A stretch of 64,000 bases of DNA from assembly GCF_006345805.1 (NCBI RefSeq), contig NC_043020.1:6696001-6760000 (forward strand). Reading direction: 5' to 3'. The translations under genes were made by a program, and so were the position numbers. Shown in pieces: positions 54,234-64,000 of this stretch. Source of the DNA: Octopus sinensis. Taxonomy: Eukaryota. The notes under the pieces are model-generated. The model searched no databases and was not told where the DNA came from. It saw nothing but the letters and a program-made list of their open reading frames with translations. The number at the start of each line of letters is the position of its first letter. The stretch's first letter is position 1.

Positions 54234-55183
54234 TAGTATGGCGAACAGGTTCTTACCAAACTAGACCTAATCAAGAATTTTCCCCCCGCCGAAACTAATG
54301 CTACGACGATAAAATTCTTTGGGAGGGAAGTATTAATCAGCCCCAGAACTACAGTAGCAGATACTTGCCCGGGGTGCCACACTGTGGGATTGAACTCAAG
54401 ACCGCATGGTTGGGAAGCAAGCTTTTTAACCAGACAGCCATATTTAAAAAAAAACCCAAAAACCAAAAAGAAAAAAACAAACAAACAAGCCAACATCAAC
54501 TAAACATTCTTTCATATTTCGTAGCTATTTCTATAAGTTTCCATTTAATTCCTTCCGGGATATTTTTGTAGTCTTTCGTAAGATGTTTTACTGTAATAAT
54601 TTTTATAATTACAAGATCGTTACCGCTCTGTATTCGTGATAAATATAACTGCTTCTGTCGGATTTTCGATGGTTTATTGTAAGTGCAGTCGTAATTTTTC
54701 TTGTTTTCCTGTCTAGCTTTACAAATTCGCTCTGCGTTCGGTTGAAAATTTTATAACGATAAGATCGCTAGAACCAGCACCACCATCACCATTATTATCA
54801 TTGTTATTATTGAGTGGAGAGAGCATCGCATGCCATCAAAGTAACACTGGGGTACAAATACACGGAAACCCGATACACCCATCATGACTACCCGTCCGAT
54901 AAGGGTACACCAGGCACATGCATCACAACCATATATGTGCGTGATATGGTGATCTCGTATCAAGATAAACAGCGCATGTCTTTGCAGGTGGGGGCCCAGT
55001 TAGGATTTTCTTCAGGTCGAGTAGCCCATCCCGCTCAAAAGGGTCTTGAATAAGGGTCAAGGATGATGAACGAAACACCCATGTTTCCAGAGGTGAATAA
55101 TTCAAACCTCAAAGAATTCATCGCAGAGATGCACATATTGTCTATTATTATTATTATCATCATCATCATCATCGTCGTCGTCG

Positions 55184-55227
<44 letters not shown>

Positions 55228-55231
55228 GTTG

Positions 55232-55326
<95 letters not shown>

Positions 55327-55345
55327 GTTATTATTATTATTATTA

Positions 55346-55405
<60 letters not shown>

Positions 55406-56025
55406 GGCGGCGCACTGCCAGAATCGTTAGCACGCTGGACAAAATGCTTAGCGGTATTTCGTCTGCCGCTACGTTCTGAGTTCAAATTCCGCCGAGGTCG
55501 ACTTTGCCTTTCATCCTTTCGGAGTCGATTAAATAAGTACCAGTTACGCACTGGGGTCAATATAATCGACTTAATCCGTTTGTCTGTCCTTGTTTGTCTC
55601 CTTTGTGTTTAGCCCCTTGTGGGTAGTAAAGAAATAGGTATTTCGTCTGCCGTTACGTTCTGAATTCAAATTCCGCTGAGGTCGACTTCGCCTTTCATCA
55701 TTTCGGGGTCAATAAATTAAATACCAGTTGTGTACTGGGGTTGATCTAATCGACTGGTCCCACTCCCCCAAAATCTCAGGCCTTGTGATTAGAGTAGAAA
55801 AGAATATTCAAGGCGGCGAGCTGGCAGAAACGTTAGCACGCCGGACGAAATGCTTAGAGGTATTTCGTCTGTCTTTATGTTCTGAGCTGAAATTCCACTG
55901 AGCTTGACTTTGTCCTTAATCCTTTCGGGGTTGATAAATTAAGTACCAGTTGCGTACTGGGGTCGATCTAATCGATTGCCCCCCCCCCCCACAAAAAAAT
56001 TTTCGGGCGTTTTGCCTAGAGTACA
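55406..56025 (+). mobile_element. SINE family A cluster (mixed-tail dimer plus adjacent monomer)
   Basis: Junction aaagaaata|ggtatttcgtc at ~55637; new head at 55812. Confidence 0.9.
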
Positions 56026-57324
56026 AAAATATATTTTATGTAAAGTAAAAAGAACGTCAAGGTAATCTATTATAAAAATCATTAATATTATAATCGTTTT
56101 TTGAATCACTTTCACTCGCACTAGACTCGCGCACACCATTTCTTGTAGACGCGGTCGCCGATTCACAAGCACCCGTAGACGGACTCGTAAATTTCTTTAA
56201 AAAAGAAAAACAAGCCTAGAGTTGTTGGCTTAGAAGAAGCTTTCTTTCGCTCTCAATAAATCTCTCGGTCACACACAGAAACATTTGTTATGGTAGTTGA
56301 AACTTATGCACTTTGTTGAGAATTTGGATCTTGCACTTCAAAAATAAAACTCGAAGTCCTGGGTATGTCGTAAAGCGGATCCTCGTAAAGTGAGATATTA
56401 TTGTACATACGTATATACAGGATGACTGATCTAGTGATTGAACTCGCGTCCACTAGATTACTGAATGACTCTACTTAACACCTCGGCAACGCTTCCGTTC
56501 GACCAACACTTTGTCTCGTTGGATGCCGTGAAATTTAACAAGACGTGGACGCTAATCCGAAAATATCCATGGATTATAAAGCGATGATAATTCGTCATTT
56601 CAGGCCATATTTATATGTGCGTGTGTGCGCGTGTGTGTATGTGTGTATATATGTATATGTATGTGTGTGTTTGTGTGTGTGTGTGTGTGTTTGTGTGTGC
56701 GTGTGCGTATGCGCACGCACACATGTGTGTGTATTGTATAGATATATATACGTATCTGCATACATATATATGTGTGTGTGTATATATCTATACACGCATA
56801 TATCATATATATATATATGTATATGTATATATATATCTATATATGTTTAAGTATATATATATATGTATAGATGTATATATATGTATATATATATATACAT
56901 GTATATATATATATATATACATGTATATATATATGTATATATATATATGTATATATGTATATATATATATATGTATATATATGTATATATATATGTATAT
57001 ATATATGTATATATATATATATGTATATATATATATGTTTATATATGTATGCATATGGTTATATACATGTATATATATGTATATATATGTAAATATGTAT
57101 GTATATGTATGTGTATGTATATGTGTGAGTGTATATGCATGTGTGTGAGTGTGTATATGTGTGTGTATGTGTGTGTGTGCGTGCGTATATAACATATGGT
57201 AATGTATGTTGGTGTTCATCTTCGCACGTGCTCTAACCCCTTTTACAGGACATGTTTTGTGTCGTGTTGTAATGGTCCCTTGAGGCCAATAAGGGAGCGT
57301 CATCGTCATTATCATCATCACTAC

Positions 57325-57390
<66 letters not shown>

Positions 57391-57522
57391 AATTATTATT
57401 ATAATTTTACTATTATTGTTGTTGTTGTTGTTGTTGTTACGTCAGACCGTCTCATTAATGAAATCATCATTTTTCCTGCAATATCAACTTAATTGCAGTT
57501 CCATCCCCTTCTTTTCATCTTC

Positions 57523-57525
<3 letters not shown>

Positions 57526-57555
<30 letters not shown>

Positions 57556-57589
57556 CCATCATCATCACCATCATCATCATCATCATCAT

Positions 57590-57621
<32 letters not shown>

Positions 57622-57626
57622 TCATT

Positions 57627-57658
<32 letters not shown>

Positions 57659-57769
57659 CATCAACATCACCATCTTCATCATCATCATCACCATCACCAT
57701 CACCATCACCATCTTCATCATCATCATCATCATCACCATCATCATCACCATCATCATCATCATCATCAT

Positions 57770-57801
<32 letters not shown>

Positions 57802-57809
57802 TCATTATC

Positions 57810-57841
<32 letters not shown>

Positions 57842-57990
57842 CATCAACATCACCATCTCATCATCATCATCACCATCACCATCACATCACCATCTTCATC
57901 ATCATCATCACCATCACCATCACCATCACCATCTTCATCATCATCATCATCATCACCATCATCATCACCATCATCATCATCATCATCATC

Positions 57991-58024
<34 letters not shown>

Positions 58025-58029
58025 TCATT

Positions 58030-58061
<32 letters not shown>

Positions 58062-58137
58062 CATCAACATCACCATCTTCATCATCATCATCACCATCAC
58101 CATCACCATCACCATCTTCATCATCATCATCATAACC

Positions 58138-58169
<32 letters not shown>

Positions 58170-58182
58170 CATCATCACCATC

Positions 58183-58240
<58 letters not shown>

Positions 58241-58263
58241 CCATCACCATCACCATCACCATC

Positions 58264-58295
<32 letters not shown>

Positions 58296-58319
58296 TATCA
58301 TCATCACCATCATCATCAC

Positions 58320-58375
<56 letters not shown>
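57526..58375. repeat. (CAT/CAC)n array with ~180-bp higher-order duplications
   Basis: Variant triplets tta, caa and ctt recur in the same order three times. Confidence 0.85.
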
Positions 58376-59527
58376 GTAGCAGCAGCACCACTACCACCAC
58401 CACTACCACCACCATCACCACCACCAACTACCATCGACAACCCATTATCAACGTTTATGACCCTCTCCTCACACCGCCACCTCCTCCCAACAGTTGTCAA
58501 GATCACGAACCTCCCACACATCCACCCCTATCAACACCCCCGCCTCAATACCACAATTATCACCGTTGTCTACGCTTCCACCCGTTTCTCCTCCCCCACC
58601 GCTGCCTTCATGGCCCTACCAATAACCCCCTCCTCTCCACCGCCACCACCACCATCCAACCACCGGCTACTCTTCTCTGCGCCATTAATACAACCAGCCT
58701 AAATCCATTAATGACATCCACCCCTCATTCCACCCCACCAACACCCGCCCCTGGACTAATATGGACATTTCCTTTGTGGAAATGAAATATTGTAAATTCA
58801 TAACGCACCACTGCCGCCGCCGCCGTCACCACCACCACCACCACCACTACCACCACCACCACCACCACCACCATCACCACCACCACCACTACAACCTCCA
58901 CCACCACCACCACCACGGCAACTACCATCATCACCACCGTTACCACCTTCACAACCACCATCGGTATCAGCAAGAACAGGAGCAGTGCCTACCCTCATCC
59001 TACCCCACCCCCATAACCACCACCGCCGCCCCCACCGTACCCACCACCAGCACCACCAGCACCACCAGCACCACCAGCACTACCACCACCACCACCACCA
59101 CCACCACCGAAATACTACTGCTACAACAACCACCACACCACTACTACCACAACAATAACCATTACTCCATTGTCGTACACTAGCACCGCAACACAACATT
59201 CCACCACACCACCACCACCACCACCACCACCACCACCACCACCACCACCACCACCACAACCACCATTATCATCATTACCGCCAATTTCGCAATCATCAAC
59301 GACAACGACACCCCATCAGTATAAGACATCGCCACACATCACCAACTCGCAGTTGAACCGCTGACCACTGTACACGATACAGAGAATTACCATACCTCCA
59401 CCGCAACACCGCAACACCGCAACACCGCAACACCATACACTAGGCATTATACACTATACTTTATGAATAGCGGCAGTGGTATGACAGTGGTGATGTAAAG
59501 TAGCTGTACACATATATATATATATAG

Positions 59528-59601
<74 letters not shown>

Positions 59602-60734
59602 TATATATATTATATATATATATAATATATATATATATTTATGAATATATATATATATATATGTGTATATATATATATGTACACAGACACACACGTATAT
59701 ATGCATGCATACATACACACACATACATACACGCACATCCACACACACGCACACGCATATACATATATCTATGCTTGGATACATAAACATACACGCATAC
59801 GCACGCACACATTCACACACACATATATATATATATATGCATACACACACACGCACAAACACACACATATACACACGCACACGCACACACACAAATATAT
59901 ATGCATGCATACATACACACACATACACACATGCACACGCACACACACATACACATACACACACACACAACTACGCACACACATATATGATGCCTGGGGA
60001 ACGGTTGTACGGGTTGTAAAATTCTCAGAATCTGGAAACTGGGCAAAATCCAAAGCAATTCTAATAAAACCAAACGAAAAATGAATAAACACAAAACAAC
60101 AACACAAACAAAAAAAAAACAAACAAAAACGAGATAACATCATACAGAGACCAGTCACCCTTCAATGCACAGCAAAATAATATTAACAAAAAAAAAAAAA
60201 AGATAAAAATAAAAAGACACGTAAAAAAAGAACGAAAATACAAAAAAATGGAACGAGAAATAAAAGTTACATAAAACCAGATGTTTCACATGAAAATCAT
60301 CATAAGCACGCCTCCGCTCTTTCAAAGCACAACACGGACTCTGGTTCCCACACTCACTCAACTAGCACACAATTAACGAACCTAACGCAGCTAATAGATG
60401 GCAGTTTCACCAAATAAATGAATAAATAAATAAAAAATTTTTTTTTTCATAAAAAATGTCATTTTAAGTACCATCGATATCAGAAAAGCTTTTGATTCCA
60501 TTTGACGCTAACCAATCATAAAAAATAATAATAATAATAACAATAAAAAATTGAGAGAGAAAGATAACTAACAGCCTTGAGAAGCGATACAAAACGATGG
60601 TTAGCAAAATTCTGAAAGGTCGCCCTGCGTATGTATGTCGTGTTAAAAATCCTTTTCGTATTTTGGTAAAGGGTTAGTAATTTTTAGCGATGGGGAAGTC
60701 GATTACATTGACCTCCAGTGTTCAATTGCTACTT

Positions 60735-61470
60735 GGTCTCAAGCATTTGTCTTATGAAGAAAGGCTGAGGACGCTTGACCTTTATTCTCTAGGAAAAACG
60801 ACGACGCCGTGGTGATCTCATTCTTACTCACAACATCATAAGCGGAAAGTGTAACCTCTCGAAGGAGCTGTTCTTCACTCCTGCTCCAGAGCGTCGGCTG
60901 TGGGGTCATTCCGAAAAGCTCTATCTGCTATAAATGAATGGATTTGTCTTTCCTTTGTCTTGTATCCATGAGTGGAGTGGAGGTAAGTGTACTTGAAGCC
61001 AAGCACTTGCTTCTAGAAACAGCCCAGGCTCAACAGAGGTGGTTAAATTACTGTCTCTGCAAAGGCTGAAGACGCTCGACATTTATTCTCTAGAAAAACC
61101 CCGCCACCGTGGTGATCTCATTCTTGCTCACAGCATCATAAGCGGAAAGTGTAACCTCTCGAAAGAGCTGTTCTTCACTCCTGCTCCAGATTGTCGGTTG
61201 AGGGGTCACTCCGAAAAGCTCTAACTGCAACGATTTCATCTCAATCGAAGGAGAGGGGCTTTCTCCGTCCAGGTTGCGGATCCGTGGAATAAGCTGCCGG
61301 ACGAGATAGTGAAGATGCCAACGACCGCTCGGTTCAAAGTCTCCCTTGACCACAAGTGGCCTGAACTCTTTACATGAACACCACCCTGTACATAACTCCA
61401 TGTCCCCCTACATGGCCTTGCGTTTTGCTTTTTGAGCCAAAAAATTAACTTAACTTAACTAACTTAACTT
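60735..61470 (+). mobile_element. Two CR1-clade LINE 3' fragments, the second with a (TAACT)n-like tail
   Basis: RLKTLDIYSLEK..RGDLI..LRGH..FSVQVADPWNKLP; 60760-60925 duplicates 61062-61225. Confidence 0.88.
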
Positions 61471-62022
61471 ATTTCTTTGACCTCGAAAACATGAAAGGCA
61501 AGGTAGACTTCGGTGGGTTTTGAACTCAATATAAAGAAGGATGAAACGCCGTTCAGCATTTTCTCTGGCGCCCTACCGATTCTGCCAACACACCGTTTTA
61601 ATAATGATCCCTTTTACTAAAGGCACAGGGCCTGAAATTTTGGAGGAGGTGACTAGTCGATTAAATCGACCCCAGTGTTTCCCTGGTACTTAATTTATCG
61701 ACCCCCGAAATTTGAACTCAGAACGTAAAGACGGACGAAATGCCGCTAAGCATTTCTCTCGGCGTGCTTAGCAGCTTTTCTTCTGTCTAAAAGTTCGGAG
61801 TTCAAGTTCCATTGAGGTCGATTTTACCTTTCATTCTTTCGGGGTCGATAAATTAGGTACCAGTTGAGTACTGGGGTCGATGTAATCGACTTTCCCCTAC
61901 CCCAAATTTCAGAGCTGAAAAGAACGGATAGCATGGTACTGTAGTCTGCAGGTAGTAAGAGCGCTACGCATGCAAGACTCCAGGAGTTCCAACAAAACCT
62001 GAGATAAAGAGATAATAATAAC

Positions 62023-62082
<60 letters not shown>

Positions 62083-62404
62083 CCTTTCTATTATAGGCAC
62101 AAGGATTGAAATTTTAGCGGAGGGTAACAGTCGGTTACATCGACCCCCAGTACTCAACTGGTAGTTATTTTAACGACCCTGAAAGTATGAAAGGCAGAGT
62201 CGACCTCGGCGGGGTTTGAACTCAGAACGTAAGGACGGACGAAATGCCGCTAAGCATTGTGCCCAGTGGCCTAACGATTCTGTCAAAAACTCTTTTAGTA
62301 CTTGTAATATTTTGAGAGGAGTACTGCGAGGACCCTAATTATTAATTTGCAGACACAACCATGTATAACCAGTTCAGTTCGGTGTAAATCATTTCCAAGT
62401 ACAG

Positions 62405-62568
62405 GCGCAGTCATGGCTCTGTGGTAAGACGTTAGCTTCCCAACCACATGGTTCTGGGTTCAATCTCTCTGCATTGCATCTTGGAGAAATATGTTTTATT
62501 ATAGACTCGGGCCGAGCAAAGCTTTGTGAGTGGATTTAGCAGACAGAAAATGAAAAGAAGCACATCGC

Positions 62569-62601
<33 letters not shown>

Positions 62602-63130
62602 TGTATGTATGTATGTATGTATGTATGTATGTATGTATGTATGTGTGTGTGTATGTATGTATGTATGTATGTGTGTGTATGTATGTATGTGTGTATGTAT
62701 GTATGTATGTATGTATGTATGTGTGTATGCATGTATGTATGTATGTATGTATGTATGTATGTATGTATGTGTGTGTGTGTATGTATGTATGTATGTATGT
62801 ATGTATGTATGTATGTATGTATGTATGTATGTATGTGTGTGTGTATGTATGTATGTGTGTATGTATGTATGCATATATGTATGTATGTGTGTATGCATGT
62901 ATGTATGTATGTATGTATGTGTGTGTGTGTATGTGTGTCGTTGTACCTTTGTGCCTGTGTTTGTCCCCCACTATCGCTTGACGATCGGTGTTGGCGTGTT
63001 CACGTCCCCGTAACTTAGCGCTTCGACCAAAGACCCCGATAGAATACGTCCTCGAGTAGTTTCCTTCTCTTCAACGCGGTGCCCCAGCATGGTCGCAGTC
63101 TAATGACTGAAACAAGGAAATGATAAAAGA
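62405..63130 (+). mobile_element. Old SINE family B with internal array expanded to ~370 bp of (TATG)n
   Basis: Head 62405-62565, array, tail 62955-63130. Confidence 0.85.
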
Positions 63131-63940
63131 AAAGTAATGGCTGTCAAGACAATGGGTTTGAAGTGGGGGACCCTAATTAATTCCACTGTTTTCCTTCCCG
63201 GGAATAACATCAGAGAATATGGAATGATCCAGCTCAATCATTCCTGAAAGAATACAGATATTCCTTACACACACATACACTCACACACACATACACAAAC
63301 ACACACACACACAGAGAAAAACACACGCATGCAGAAACACAGACACACACACACTTACACACACTCACACTCACACACAGAGAAACACACACACAGAAAC
63401 ACACACACACACACAGAAAAACACACACACATACACACTTACACACACACAGAGAAAAAAACACATATACATACACACACACAGAGAAAGCAATATACAT
63501 CCGACCATCGTCTTCAAGAACACTATACACACATACACACACACACATTACATAAACCTCTTACACCATACACACACATACACACTATCCTACACACACA
63601 TTTCACACACACTACAGCACACTCACACACACTATCAAACACACATACAACCATACATACAGACAAACACACACACAAATACACAGAAAAAGCTGCATAC
63701 ATCGAAACATCGCCCGCAAGAATACAGTACATACATTCACGCACACACACACAAACACACACGCACACACACACACACACACCTACAATTCCTCCCCCAC
63801 ATCCCCACCTCCCCCATCGTAGTATGAAGAGACTACAATAGAAGTTTGAACAGGAATGGTTCTAATCTGCGCAAACAATGGTATCTGTTGACGGTTTTAA
63901 TGAAATAATCTTTTCCAGCTTTTCCAGAACATTCGATAGC

Positions 63941-63978
<38 letters not shown>

Positions 63979-64000
63979 GAACAACAACAACAGTAACAGC

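Noticed and set aside
57377-59364. Poly-His/Ser/Ile/Asp ORFs
   Set aside because: Trinucleotide arrays lack stop codons by composition.
59374-59393. U6 snRNA core match ACGATACAGAGAA
   Set aside because: Only ~13 nt match and the flanks do not continue as U6; likely chance.

Overview
Repeat-dense, AT-rich animal genomic DNA, intronic or intergenic. The SINE, microsatellite and LINE content looks like an octopus genome (inference, not verifiable here). I found no intact protein-coding gene: nearly all listed ORFs are read-throughs of simple repeats such as (TA)n, (TATG)n, (TATC)n, (CA)n, (GA)n, (CAT)n and (TAA)n. Recognisable content: four tRNA-derived SINE families; decayed LINEs (L1-Tx1, RTE-BovB, RTE-X-like, CR1/L2, R4/Dong-like); two DD34D-type mariners and one DD37D maT; hAT, piggyBac, Tigger and unclassified MITEs; non-autonomous Helitrons; and Penelope-like remnants. 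Most notable: (1) six minimal type I hammerhead ribozyme motifs with palindromic helix III, several beside perfect fold-backs; (2) a SINE whose 3' tail matches the local Tx1 LINE end and which repeatedly joins other SINE copies at the same GGTATTTC site; (3) a TIR element carrying paired octamer and CCAAT boxes. Coordinates were read by eye, so element boundaries are approximate.
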